From Thermoproteota archaeon (GTDB lineage Archaea; Asgardarchaeota; Jordiarchaeia; Jordiarchaeales; Freyrarchaeaceae), in the NCBI GenBank assembly GCA_029258835.1, contig JAPDJY010000023.1:1-64000 (forward strand): a DNA stretch of 64,000 nt, in the 5' to 3' direction. Shown here one piece after another: positions 47,621 through 59,200 of the stretch; the first letter of the stretch is position 1; each line of letters begins with the position of its first letter. The notes below the pieces were generated by a model. It searched no databases. It worked only from the letters and a program-made list of their open reading frames with translations, and had not been told where the DNA came from. The position numbers and the translations under genes are program-made.

Positions 47621-48685
47621 CTAGGGTATTACTACTAGCAGTTCACGTATGGTTGCCGGGTTTACGTTCTCTTCTTTACCTATAATTATTATTTTAATGT
47701 TTCGTAGTTCGTAGTATTTGAGGTCTAGGTAGGCGAGTACCGTGCCGATTTGGAATGGGAATCCTGCCATGGAGAGATATGCTGTCTGAACTAAGTGTTC
47801 TTCAAAGGCGTGTTCAACCGATGACAGAGTTGGGCTTTTCCTGTAGGCTTCCCTAACTTTGTGGGCAAGCTCTCTGTATGGGGTGGCAATGAGCATGTTT
47901 AATGCTTCCTCTATATTTCTTGCAGTAAGTAGCTCTCTTACTACTGGAGCTGCCTGGTAAGTGATGGGTATGATTAGGCTTTCAATTATTTGTGGCTCAA
48001 TCCCCTGAAGTTTTGCTCTTATAACGGTCATTATGTTAATTATTCCTATTCTTAATCCGAAAAAGGCCCGTGCATACCTTCGATCCATAGCCCTCAAGTG
48101 ATCTATTGCGGTCCAAATTTCCTTGTAGAAGTACTTGTCAAGTTCTACTTCGAGCGGCATGGTTGATCTTGTTGCCTCATACATTTGAAGCGCGTCTTGA
48201 AGTTGCCGTCGAAGCCTTGGATCTGGAATTCTATCCACGAGCTGAGGGATCGTTTGTGCAGTTAAAAGGCGCTCATACTCTGCGTCCTCCTCGGGTGCCA
48301 ACACTACGAGGTGTTTCCTAGCCTGATCCTTCGACTCGCCGCTGTGGATAACCCTTAAGATTGCTTTAATATTCTCGTAATGGAACCTCTTCTGATACTT
48401 TAAGAGGAATTTTTTAGCCTTGGCTGGTGCGCTGTTTATTAGGGACTTTATCTCTTTCGCATACGTCCTCCTCAGCGCGATGTCTACTTGGTCAACGTCG
48501 ATGGGTGGTTGCGATAGGGCCTTTGACAGTTCGCCCCAGTATGGTGTTGCACTTAGGAATCTTACAGCCTCGTCGAGGTCCGATGCTTGAATTAGCTTCT
48601 CATACTGGGATAAAGTGAGCATTTTAGACTTTAGCCCTCTCACCCTTGCGTTTATAAACGCGTACTCTGACGCACCTAACGCCAT
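47621..48685 (-). CDS. atpC: A/V-type ATP synthase subunit C (d)
   Basis: YAFINARVRGLKSKML, ENIKAILR and ELRNIKII motifs. Confidence 0.9.
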   Translation of the reverse strand: MALGASEYAFINARVRGLKSKMLTLSQYEKLIQASDLDEAVRFLSATPYWGELSKALSQPPIDVDQVDIALRRTYAKEIKSLINSAPAKAKKFLLKYQKRFHYENIKAILRVIHSGESKDQARKHLVVLAPEEDAEYERLLTAQTIPQLVDRIPDPRLRRQLQDALQMYEATRSTMPLEVELDKYFYKEIWTAIDHLRAMDRRYARAFFGLRIGIINIMTVIRAKLQGIEPQIIESLIIPITYQAAPVVRELLTARNIEEALNMLIATPYRELAHKVREAYRKSPTLSSVEHAFEEHLVQTAYLSMAGFPFQIGTVLAYLDLKYYELRNIKIIIIGKEENVNPATIRELLVVIP

Positions 48686-48839
48686 CTCAAACCACTTCTC
48701 CCCACTAACATGTTTAAATGTAAAACTTAAAACTGCCTGACCAACCACTTAACCACTTTAACTATTAAAGGTTTAGTCTTTACTGCCTCGGAGGGGAACA
48801 GGGGGAAACTAATTTAAAGTTGAGAGGCGAGTTATCTAC

Positions 48840-49256
48840 TTGTATGTTCATCGTTTGGGGGAGGCTCCCTTGAAGGAGAGAGAGAAAAGGGCTAATATTG
48901 AAGGGGTGGGTAAGTGGATTGCGGTTGGCAGCGAGCTGCCCATAATGGTCCTTGCAGGAGCCTATATAGGTTATTACTTGGGTGAACAGAACCCATCCAT
49001 AGCCTCCGTTTCAATCATCCTAGGAGCTCTCTTGGGGTTCATACTGGGAGTGTACAATATATATAAGATAATTCAGGTTTGGGAGAGGAGGTATAGGGTT
49101 CAAGGAGGAGCTAAATGGGAGGGCGCATCCTTAAAGGGTGATTGGCAAGGTAAAAACAGGGAAAGGGGGAGGGGTAGCCCGGAGGAGATACTTAAACTTC
49201 TCAGGCTTCAGCAGGGGGAAAACGGGGTTTTTAACGCCTTTAGGGAGCGGGAGTAG
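48840..49256 (+). CDS. AtpZ/AtpI (ATPase gene-1)-like membrane protein
   Basis: Two TM segments, GAYIGYYL...G.LLGF..GVYN; divergent from atpC. Confidence 0.65.
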   Translation: MYVHRLGEAPLKEREKRANIEGVGKWIAVGSELPIMVLAGAYIGYYLGEQNPSIASVSIILGALLGFILGVYNIYKIIQVWERRYRVQGGAKWEGASLKGDWQGKNRERGRGSPEEILKLLRLQQGENGVFNAFRERE

Positions 49257-49426
49257 GAGGGTTGCAAGGTTTAATTTCCCTCCTAAAGGGAGAGTACAAT
49301 TGGTAACAGATTATTATAAGGTTGGTGGACTCCACCGTATCGTGTATCTCCCTTAACATTTATTTAAGGGAGAAAGAAACTGTAAGATGTGATTGCGCAG
49401 TGGAGGGATGGAGGTCTTTTTAGGAT

Positions 49427-52400
49427 TTGAGAAAGGGGGGTTATGGTTTGATTGATAAGATTAGAGGTTCTAGGGGATATAGGCAGCTGACCGAGAAGGC
49501 TGAAAGGGCTCTCAGGAGGGCGTTTGAGGAGGAGGCGAGGGGCCGCCTGAGGGAAGCTATTGAAAAACTCAGAGAGGCCGTTGATGCTTATTCCTCGTTG
49601 GGTGAGAAGGGAAAGGTTGTTGAAGTGGATTTTTTTAGGGCGCACTGCAGTGCCTTTCAGGCTTCACGTGAAAGAACGGTTGAGGGGTTTAGGAGTAGAA
49701 TAGAGGAAGCGATAAAGATACTTAGTGAGGTTAGGCGGCTTTACATCAAGGAGAACTTATCGATAGGCCGCGTTGAGAGGGATGTAAGGATAAGCTGCTG
49801 CGTTGCGTTTATTAATGCTTTAAGGACTAGGCTCGAAGAGAACGTGGCTGAGAAAAAGAAGATTTTCTCGCGGGCCATAGATGAGCTTTCCAAATGTCTT
49901 GAGAGGCTTGAAAAAATAGAGGATTACGAGAGATGCGGGATACTCTCCTTCTGGGGTGGAGAGGTGAAGCTTGAGTGTGCACCATACTTTGAAGGAGAGG
50001 AGAAAGTAAACGTGCTGTTAGAGGCTGCGAAGGACTTTGGTGATGCAGAGAAGTTTCTTAGGGAGGCGGGGAGGGAGAAGCAGTATCTCTGCTTAGAAGC
50101 AAGAGGGGAAAGGTGTGAGGTTGAAGCCGCGCTGGAGAAGAGGGATTATGACGGCATTATATCTCTACGAGCCGAGGCTGCAGGTGTTTACCCGAGGGAG
50201 GACCTGTGCGGGTGGATTCACAGGTATAATCTGGCACTTTTAGAGCTGGAAATTCTGTCGAGGGAGAACGTTTACGGGGAGAAACTGAGTAGACTGAATA
50301 AGCTATTAAAAGACAGTAAGGAGGTGGCTGAAAGGCTTGAAAGGGAAGAGCAGTACGACGTTGCATCGGAAGCTTACCTTCTTCTAGGAGTTGTAGGGTA
50401 TAAGATGGTTAAGCTTCTCTTAACGGAGAAGGCGAGGAGGACCATTTTAAGGGAATGCTATGAAGCATTAAAGAAAGCTTACAGGTATGCGAGGAGGCAG
50501 GTGAGAAACGACTTAACAGTCAGATCTCTCATATTGATGCCCAAGGTCGTCTCGGAGTATAGCGAGGTTGCTGAAAGCGACGTTTTGAGGGCAAACCTAG
50601 TTAGGGAGGGGGCCGCTTATGGCCGGGAAGCTTTAAACGAGGTGAAGAGGTTCCCTGAGGGGAGCCCTATAGTTGGGGAGCTTTACAGCAGCATGGTTAG
50701 TTACTTGATAGCTGCAGCAAGGGTTGAACAGGAGCCGGGAAGGTCTAGGGAGCTGCTTGGAAACGCTATTAGGTATGGTGAGGTTGCCCTTGAATATGCT
50801 AAGGAGGAGGAAAAATGGGCGGATCACCTCTACGATTTAGCCAAGGCATACTACATTTTAAGCTTGAGAGGGGAGGGAGAGGCGCTGGAGAAGGCTAAAA
50901 GCACGATTAAGAAGGCGCGTGAAGCGTACATAGCTGTGGACGACTTGGTTGGAGGGGTTAGGTCGGCTGTCCTTTCAGGCGACATTTACAGGGAGGCTTG
51001 GATGAGAAGCGGGGATGAAAGAGACTACCTTAGAGCTAAGCAATCGTATTTAGAAGGGGGAAGAATGTGTTCAAATTTTGATTGGAGCGAAATGGAAGGG
51101 GAAGTTCTCATCAGACTGGCAGAGCTTGAGGATTTGAAGGGAGAGTATTCTCAATCCGTGGAATACTATCTTCAGGCCCTTGAGAAGTTGAGGAGGGCTA
51201 GGGAGGAGAGGGATTACGCTAAGGAGAGGGCGAGATACGTTGAAGCTATGGCAAACATTGAAAGAGGGAAGGAGAGGGTGAAAGTCAGCACTTCAGAGGC
51301 TGCTTCCTTCTACAGGAGAGGAGCCGAGCTGCTTCCAAGAGACTATGAATACGAGGCAAAGTTTTACCGTGCATTAAGTGAGCTTCTAGAGGCGGAGGCG
51401 GTCAGCTTGGTCGACCACGATAAGGCATTATCACTGTTAAAATCCGCCAGCAAAAAGTTTAAGGAGGTGAAGCAAACCGGGAGAAGGATTGGCAGCGATC
51501 TGGAAAGGAGAGCGGATGTGTTCATAAAACTGTGCGAGGGGAAAACACTTATAGAGGAAGGATTGACTCTGCACGCTAAGGGAGAGCACTCGCCGGCGCT
51601 CGTCAAGTTTTCTATGGCTATAGAGTTGCTGAGGGACATCTCCGGGCAAGGGGGAAAAGCCGAGTGGGAGAGCATAGAGGGATACCTGCACTTCGCCCAA
51701 GGATTAGAGAAGTTTGAGAGGGGGCATATAGGGTCACGAGACGAGCTTCTAGAGGCGGCAGAGCTTTTTAGAGTAAGTTCCGAGGAGTTTGTAACAAACA
51801 AGATGAAGAATGCTATGCTAGGGTTTTTCGACCTGTGTTACGGGTGGCATAGAATACTTGAGTACATTGAAGTGGACGAGGAGGCGATGGACGTGTACGT
51901 CACTGCCAGAACACATTTTGGAAGAAGTGCAAACTTCTTCATGGATGCAGGGTTAGAGAACTACACAAGGTATGCTGAGGGAATGGAGTTCCTTCTCGAC
52001 GGGGAAAGATATGCTCGCATGGCGAGCATGGAGAAGCTCGACGAGGCAAGGAGGAGGTACTACAAGTTAGCCTATGAAAGCTATGTTAAGGCCATGGAGA
52101 AGTTTTCGGAGGCTGGACAGGTGGCGTTGGAAAGGATGGTCTCCGATAAGGCTCGAAAGTTAAGAGAGGAGGAAATAAGGCAGGAGTACTTGGAGATTCT
52201 GGGCGGGAGGAGAGGAGAAACAACTCTTCTGAAGGATGAAATAGATGCTTTAAGGGATGGCTTCCTCATTGTAAGGGTGAGGGAGCCTGCTGATAGAAGC
52301 TTCTTCACCGTTGGGGAAAGAATTAAGGTGAGTTTGGAGATAAGAAACATAGGTGATAAGCCGGTTATACTGGAGAAGATAAAGGATGTTGTTCCGCCAG

Positions 52401-52624
52401 GATTTAAAGTTATAGGTAAGGAAAGGGAAATGATCAAGGATGGTGAAGTCGAGTTTAACGAGGAAGTCGATGCCTGGCAAAAAATTGATTTAGAAATAAA
52501 AATGATAGGGGAAAGAGGGCAAGACGTTAAATACCAGCCACTGGTCATATTTAGGGACGGCAGGAATAGGAAGAGGTTCTTTAAACCTAACCCAGTGTCG
52601 CTATTGATCAGTGGAGGGGAGTAG
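49427..52624 (+). CDS. Large TPR-like alpha-solenoid protein with C-terminal Ig-like beta domain
   Basis: ~930 aa of helical repeats, then VGERIKVSLEIRNIG..PVILEKIKDVVPPGF. Confidence 0.7.
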   Translation: MRKGGYGLIDKIRGSRGYRQLTEKAERALRRAFEEEARGRLREAIEKLREAVDAYSSLGEKGKVVEVDFFRAHCSAFQASRERTVEGFRSRIEEAIKILSEVRRLYIKENLSIGRVERDVRISCCVAFINALRTRLEENVAEKKKIFSRAIDELSKCLERLEKIEDYERCGILSFWGGEVKLECAPYFEGEEKVNVLLEAAKDFGDAEKFLREAGREKQYLCLEARGERCEVEAALEKRDYDGIISLRAEAAGVYPREDLCGWIHRYNLALLELEILSRENVYGEKLSRLNKLLKDSKEVAERLEREEQYDVASEAYLLLGVVGYKMVKLLLTEKARRTILRECYEALKKAYRYARRQVRNDLTVRSLILMPKVVSEYSEVAESDVLRANLVREGAAYGREALNEVKRFPEGSPIVGELYSSMVSYLIAAARVEQEPGRSRELLGNAIRYGEVALEYAKEEEKWADHLYDLAKAYYILSLRGEGEALEKAKSTIKKAREAYIAVDDLVGGVRSAVLSGDIYREAWMRSGDERDYLRAKQSYLEGGRMCSNFDWSEMEGEVLIRLAELEDLKGEYSQSVEYYLQALEKLRRAREERDYAKERARYVEAMANIERGKERVKVSTSEAASFYRRGAELLPRDYEYEAKFYRALSELLEAEAVSLVDHDKALSLLKSASKKFKEVKQTGRRIGSDLERRADVFIKLCEGKTLIEEGLTLHAKGEHSPALVKFSMAIELLRDISGQGGKAEWESIEGYLHFAQGLEKFERGHIGSRDELLEAAELFRVSSEEFVTNKMKNAMLGFFDLCYGWHRILEYIEVDEEAMDVYVTARTHFGRSANFFMDAGLENYTRYAEGMEFLLDGERYARMASMEKLDEARRRYYKLAYESYVKAMEKFSEAGQVALERMVSDKARKLREEEIRQEYLEILGGRRGETTLLKDEIDALRDGFLIVRVREPADRSFFTVGERIKVSLEIRNIGDKPVILEKIKDVVPPGFKVIGKEREMIKDGEVEFNEEVDAWQKIDLEIKMIGERGQDVKYQPLVIFRDGRNRKRFFKPNPVSLLISGGE

Positions 52625-53017
52625 TTGATCCATGCCTTATGGATCATAGACAGAAGCGGAAAAATAGTCTTCTTCAAGTCTTACCTAGGTGAAGAGATAA
52701 AATCTGAAATCGTAGGCGGCCTCTTAACAGCAATACAAACGTTCGCCAGTGACGTTTCCGAGGAGGGAGTATCCTACGTTCTCCTTGAGAATAAGTTGTT
52801 TACGTATAAGATCTCAAGGGGAGAATATTTTGTCCTCTGCACGGACGAAAAAGAAGACGTAGGGCAAGTCTTAGAGAAAATAGAAGAAGCTTATGCATCA
52901 GGAGGGAACAGGGAGGAGCTCGCCGAGGAGGTAGACAAGGTAATTAAAAAATATAATAGAGAGAAAGAGCTTGAATCGCTTTCTAAGATACTCCATAGAG
53001 TAGAAAACATCATCTAA
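52625..53017 (+). CDS. Stand-alone longin-like domain protein
   Basis: MIHALWIIDRSGKIVF...IVGGLLTAIQTFA...YFVLCTD; starts immediately after the upstream stop. Confidence 0.7.
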   Translation: MIHALWIIDRSGKIVFFKSYLGEEIKSEIVGGLLTAIQTFASDVSEEGVSYVLLENKLFTYKISRGEYFVLCTDEKEDVGQVLEKIEEAYASGGNREELAEEVDKVIKKYNREKELESLSKILHRVENII

Positions 53018-53249
53018 TTTTTTCTAAACTAATTTTTTAAGGTTAAGAAAGAGTAAAACTTGGCTAGATGTGATTGCCTTTGAGACGTATCATTCACCTT
53101 TTCGGAGATCGCCCCTTCAGGAGCCCGGGGCCTCACCTGAAGGTTTAAACTAGACAACCGAATTGCCCGGTTTAAACATTAACGGGCATTGGAGAACCGT
53201 CTAAAAAAGGGATTTTCACTTCAATGGTTAAGCGGGGTTTGCCAGCAGA

Positions 53250-55108
53250 TCAAAAATAGTTAACTTTCTATAACATTTCTTACTATTATGTAGCTTGGTT
53301 AAAATGGAGAGATTATTAACGCTTAAGGAAGCATGTAAGTTACTGGGAATACATCCAAACACTCTTAGGAAGTGGGATAAACAAGGTAAAATTAGGGTTG
53401 TTAGGACCGTTGGTGGTCGTAGAAGGATACCAGAAAGCGAGTTAAAAGATTAATGGGAATAAAAGAGGTCGATGTAAGTAGAAGAGCAGCCATTTATGTT
53501 AGAGTTTCTTCGCATGGTCAAAAACAAAAAGGAGATTTAGAGGGACAGAAACAACACTTGCTAAAATATGCAAAGACAAGAAGCTATGAGGTTGCATCGA
53601 TTTTAGAGGATGCTGCCAGCGGTCTTAACGAAAATAGGAAAGGTTTAAACAAATTGTTTAACATGGTTGATAAAAGGGAAATCGGAGTTGCTATAGTTAG
53701 TTTTAAGGATAGATTAACTAGATTTGGCTTTAAAATACCTTGAACGTTACTTCTCTTCGCACAATGTTAAAATAGAAGTTGTTGGTGTTGAAGAACCTAA
53801 AAATGTTCGTCAAGAGTTAGTTGAAGATTTAATTACAATTGTTTCAAGCTTTGCTGGAAAACTCTATGGTCTGAGAAGTCACAAGTATAGGAAGGTTGTG
53901 AAAAGTGTCAAAGAGCTTGTTACTAACTGAAACATGTAAATTTAAACTTGAACCAAGCGAAGAACAAATACGTGTATTAGAGGAACTTTTCACCACCTAT
54001 ACCGAAATGGTTAAAACATGTTTCAACTTCGCCATTAATAACGTTACTTCAAGAAACTTCAAGAAAGAAGCTTCACAAATTCATCTATAGGAAACTTAGA
54101 AGCAAATTTCCAGATTACCCTTCACATTATGTGTACACGGCTATAACGCAGGCATTGTCCATCTTCAAATCGTATAGAAGGCTGTCTAGGAAGAGAAAGA
54201 ATATTAAGCAACCAGAAATTGAGGTTCTAAATGTAGTTCTCCTTGACGACACACATCTCTTCTGGTTTAACTGGAAACATTTGAGAATAGCGACGCACAA
54301 AGGTCATCAAGTTATCCCGCTCATTGTCCATGAATATTCAGAGAAGTTTAGAGGATGGAAGGTTAAGGGCTCAAGGCTGGTCAAAAAAGATGAAAGCTAT
54401 TGGCTTCACGTTACATTTAGGAAAGAAATTGAAGTAAAACAAGCTCGCGGTGTTTTAGGCATAGATGTTAACGAGAAAAGTATTGATTTAGCTGTTGCTA
54501 AGCCAAACTATGCAAGGTTCATTAAAATAGATATTAGTGAGGCAAAGTACGTAAAGGGATAGATATTTTAAGAAGAGAAGGAGCATTCAGCGAAAAACAA
54601 GGAGGAAGAGAAGGAAACTTCTAGCCAAGTATCGTGGAAGAGAGGAGAGAAGAGAAGAGCTGATTATATTCTCCATAAGGCGAGTAGAATCGTAGCTGAA
54701 ATAGTCGCTAAGGAAAATGTACGTCCAGTAGTGGAAGACTTGAAAAATATACGTGGAAGAATAAGGTATGGGAGAAAGATGAATCGAAGATTGCATTTAA
54801 TGTCATTTAGAAAAATACAGCTATATGTTTCGTATAAGTCGATGGAGTTTGGCTATGAGCACGAAAAGGTTAATGCTAAAAATACTTTCTCGTATATGCC
54901 CGATATGTGGGGAATTAAATAAGCCGAATGGGCATTTATACTGCTGCAAAAAATGTGGTTTCAAGGCAGATAGACATTTGGTTGCTGCCTGGAATATTGG
55001 TTTGAAATCTTCCATGTGGAGTGCTTTACCGTTCTCCCCGAAAGCCACCCATCCTCCTCAAAAGCGAGGTGGAACGGATAGTAATAAAATGTTAACTATC
55101 CGAGAACG
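53250..55108 (+). mobile_element. Degenerate IS607-family element (tnpA serine recombinase + tnpB)
   Basis: tnpA from 53304: MerR-like [29 protein letters not shown]; tnpB from 53905: LGIDVNE, CKKCGFKADRHLVAAWNI; both frameshifted; boundaries approximate. Confidence 0.92.
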
Positions 55109-55366
55109 GTTTATGCATGCAAGCACCCACCAACCTTTAAACAGTTCTATGAGGCATTGCAGAGGCAAATGAAAACAGGAATGGAGAGGTGAGCTTTTGG
55201 AAGGAGGAAGTTGGGTTGCTGTTTTTCTGAGGAGTTAAAGTGCTAATGCGTCGTCCGGCATCACGTGGAGAAGCTGCATCATGTGAGAGGGGAACCAAAA
55301 AGTAAAAAAGGTGAGCCTTTGAAAAGAATGGAAACGAAAAGGGAGTGGTGGAGTAGGGGAACGCTG

Positions 55367-56224
55367 ATGATTGAGGAGCTACTTCAGGATGCAAGAAGGC
55401 TTGAGGAGGAAGGACTTGTAGGAGAAGCTGCTGATAGGTATTTGGAGGCTGTAAAAGCCGCTGAGAAGGAGGGGGATAAACTCTTCCTAGGGCAAGTTTG
55501 CTTGGAAGCGGGTCTCTTCTACACTAGGATTAATTTACCTGAGAAAGCGCTTGAATTTTACAGGAAAAGCTTGGAGGCGTTTGAAGCTACAGGCAACGAG
55601 GAGGGGGTCGCCGACGCAGCCTACAACCTATGCGTCGCACATCTTGAACTTGATGAGTATGAGGAAGCTGAAAAGCATGGTGTCAGAGCGATCAAAATAT
55701 ACCGTAAAATCGGGTTGGAGGAAGGGGTTGCTGACGCAGCCTACGCGTTAGGGCTAGTTTACGCTGGAAGGGGGGAGCTGGAGAGAGGGCTTAAAAGTCT
55801 TGAGGAGGCTTTAAGGATATACCGTAAGGAGGGGAACGAAGAGGGGGTCAGCAGTGTCCTACTGGATATTGGAGAAATATATTACAGAAGGGGGGAGACG
55901 GATAAGGCTGCCGAATATTACCGGAAGGCTTTGAAGGTGGCGGAGGAGATGGGAGACAAGTTGAGTACAGCATACCTCACCAGGCGAATCGGGGATATTT
56001 ACGATGAAAAGGGGGAGTTGCGACGTATGATTAACAGCTACCTTAAAGCAGCCTACATGTACGTTGAGGAGGGGGAAAGGGAAGCTGCTAAGGAGCTTAT
56101 TGATGAAGTTGAAAGGAGGCTCTGGGATCTGCCTAAGTCCACAAGGAGAACCGTTGTTAAGAAGTTGGATGAAATAAGGGATGCCATCGAGAGGACCGAG
56201 GGCGTTGTAGGGGAAGAGCCCTGA
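55367..56224 (+). CDS. Tetratricopeptide-repeat protein
   Basis: ~40-aa repeats ending in GNEEGVADAAYNL. Confidence 0.88.
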   Translation: MIEELLQDARRLEEEGLVGEAADRYLEAVKAAEKEGDKLFLGQVCLEAGLFYTRINLPEKALEFYRKSLEAFEATGNEEGVADAAYNLCVAHLELDEYEEAEKHGVRAIKIYRKIGLEEGVADAAYALGLVYAGRGELERGLKSLEEALRIYRKEGNEEGVSSVLLDIGEIYYRRGETDKAAEYYRKALKVAEEMGDKLSTAYLTRRIGDIYDEKGELRRMINSYLKAAYMYVEEGEREAAKELIDEVERRLWDLPKSTRRTVVKKLDEIRDAIERTEGVVGEEP

Positions 56225-56236
56225 GGTTATAGGAGC

Positions 56237-59200
56237 CTAGTATTCCCCTATTTTTTCAGCTAGTTCCTTAACCTTTATTAGGGTGCGTCTCAGTCTTGGA
56301 AGCTTATCATGTATTACCCTTATCTTTTCGAAGTCGTCTAGCTTTTCATCCGATATTGCCGTGTCAAGCTCCTTGAATGCTGCTCGAACCTCGTTTATCA
56401 TGTTTCTCATGTAGTATGCTAGCTCCCTGTCAAGTTCCGGTATGAACGTCCTCCTTTGGAAGCGCCTTCTCCGGACAAAGTATAATCCAACGATCAGCGT
56501 TGATACGAGCGCTGTTACGGCGAAGCCCAACAGAACATCCCGTTTCGCCGATGGAAGGTAGAAGAGGGAAGGTTGCTCCGGGGAGGGGAGGACAGTAAAC
56601 GTGTAGGTAGCGCATGTTGACGTGTAGTTGGGGGCGTCCGCCCATACTATCAAGGTGTAATTCCCGGTTTGCTCCGTGAACTCGGTGAACATTAGGGTAG
56701 TGTAGAGGCCATCCTTATAGTGGAAGCACCACATGGGAATAGACGTCCCGTTGGGCAGGTTGAATATGGCGAAAATTGTGAGGTTCTGCGACACGTCCCT
56801 ACCGTTAAGGTCGGTTACGTGGACGAGGAAGTACACGCTGTCTCCCAGGTAAATCACGTTGTTTTCGTGCGGGGTGCTAACGGTGAGATTTAGGATTAGC
56901 TTATTCTCCATGAGCCACTCCAGCACGTTGGAAAATAGAATGCGGTTATCGTGCTCTCCGATGTGGCTGAGTGATGCAAAGTCGGAGTCGCCGAAGGCTA
57001 CAACCCTGCCCAGTCCAACCTTAGAGGCGACGATCACCGCTTCCCCCTTTGTCAGGGTGAAAGCCCCTAGGGACTCGTTCACTTGAAAGCATACTGGCGA
57101 GTATAGGACGGCTTCCCCCACACCATCGGTTACCGGGTGAGACGTGAAGTTTTCCTGTGTTAGGTTGACCGGGCCTGTAAGGTTTGAGGTGGCTTTGATC
57201 CCGTAGGGTTCCAAGAGGCTATTTATTAGGGTGTAGTTTCCATTCTCCTCCGGCTCGAGTAGGACCAGTAAGCTGCCACCTTGCCTGACGAAGCATTCTA
57301 CCGCTTCCAGCTCTTTTTGGCTGAACTCCAGCTCGGGGTCACATATTATCAGGGTGTCGTAGAGTTGAAGTATGGTTTCGTTGAGTTCCTCTATGAAGGG
57401 TATTTCGTCCAGCTCGTGTCCGTTCTCCTTTGAAACTTCGTAAATGCTGAAGTAACCGGTGAACGTGCTGTCGAGGGCTTCCTCTAAGTGTTCTAAGTCT
57501 ATTAGGTTGTGTGCTGAATCAAATAGGATTCTCCCCTGGGGGTACGTCACGTTAAACGAGACGGCTACAGACCCCACAGGTGAGGCGCCGCTTGAAACCT
57601 GTATTTCCCCCTGGTATACTCCGGGATTCGGAAAGTTGAAGGGGCCGAATGGAAGCGAGAGGGATACGTTCAGGTTCATGGCTAGGCTTGACGGGGTGGT
57701 TGTGTTAACCGCGATTTCTATCGTGCCGAATAAGTTTATGGTTTCGGGAAGCTTCGTAGCAGACACCAGTCTAGAGGCGTTTCCATCAACGTCTATCTTG
57801 AGGCCGCTTAAGTTGCCTGTTGAGACTACTGTCAAATTATAGTACGCGAAGTCTATTGGGAAGTTTACTGGGAAGGGGTTGCTTGGAATCCTCACCGGGA
57901 AAACAGCGAAGTCTTCCGGAGGCGAGCCTATGAAGACGTTTCGCGCTAAGTAATTGTCTAGCAGGTAGACTTCTGAGATGTTGAATTGAATGTTTCCACT
58001 CGTCACATTTGTTATGTTTAGCATGTAGTCTAGTGGGAGAAGCGGAATTTCCCCTATAGCCCACCCGGTTGAGTAGATTCCTTCTTCAACTGGCACCCAT
58101 GTGACGCTGAATTTTACCGGTGTGAATGGAGTGTAATTTTCAAGGGAGAAGGATTCAACGTGGTACACGGTGCTTTCGCCACCTGACCTGTTAGAGAAGA
58201 AGGACACGGAAGCATTAGCTAAATCGTTTCCAACGTTAAGCACTAGGCAATCTGAGGAGTACCCCGCCCCCTTAGGAGATAAGCGCTTCAGGGAGGCGTT
58301 AACTATGCAGAGGTCTGGGAAAGACGAGGAGGGCTGCGCTAACAGCGCCGTTGATGCTGAAGCGTTGGCGGCGCTTTCGTTTTCACCGAAGGAGAGGGAG
58401 CCTGTGAAGGCTACGTGGGAGCCTGCCGGGAGCGAGCCTGCCACAAGCCACTTCATAGCCAGACCCAAATTGCCCGTGTGCTTTGAGGTATTGGCGAGTT
58501 CCCCTGTTGAAGCGTGGCCGAAGACCGTTTCGTTTTCACCCACCTCGTACCCGCTGACCGACGCGTTCCCCTTAAACCCTAAGTAGAGGGCTTGGCTGGG
58601 GTTAAGGTCGTACGTGTCGTTCACGTAGATCATGCCGGTGGATGGATCGTAGAAGCCATGGTCGTCCGACGACGGGTCGCTTTCGTTAAGGAACAACGCC
58701 GGGCTCGAGTAGAACGTTAAGTAGAGGTTTGATAGGTCTTCGTCGCCTGTGTTCATGAAGACGAGGGTCAGTTTGAAGGCGTCTAATGGGTGGTTAGTGT
58801 AGTTGTTCCAGCATTCGAAGATCGCCGCGACGAGGAGGTCGCCTACTTGAAATATGGAGGAGGCTCTCTCGTAGTCGCTGGTTAGATACGAGACGTGTAG
58901 CTCGCGTAGGATCGAACCCATTGTTAGCCAGGATGTGTTCATTCCATTATATGATACGCCGAACATTCCCTGAATGAGGTGTGAAGTGTTAAGGTTTGCA
59001 GTGTTGTTAGAGACCATCATGGCGGTGAACATTCCGCTGCTCCCAGCTACGCAATAGCACGTGATGTTGGTCTCGGTGTTGTTAACGTAGAGGGGGGCAG
59101 CTGGCAGACCAATGGTGTACGTTCTCTGTGTGGCGTTGAGGGCCTCTCCTCCGCCACCCTTAAGATAATAGTATGCGGATTCTGGGTTTACCAGCCCGCT

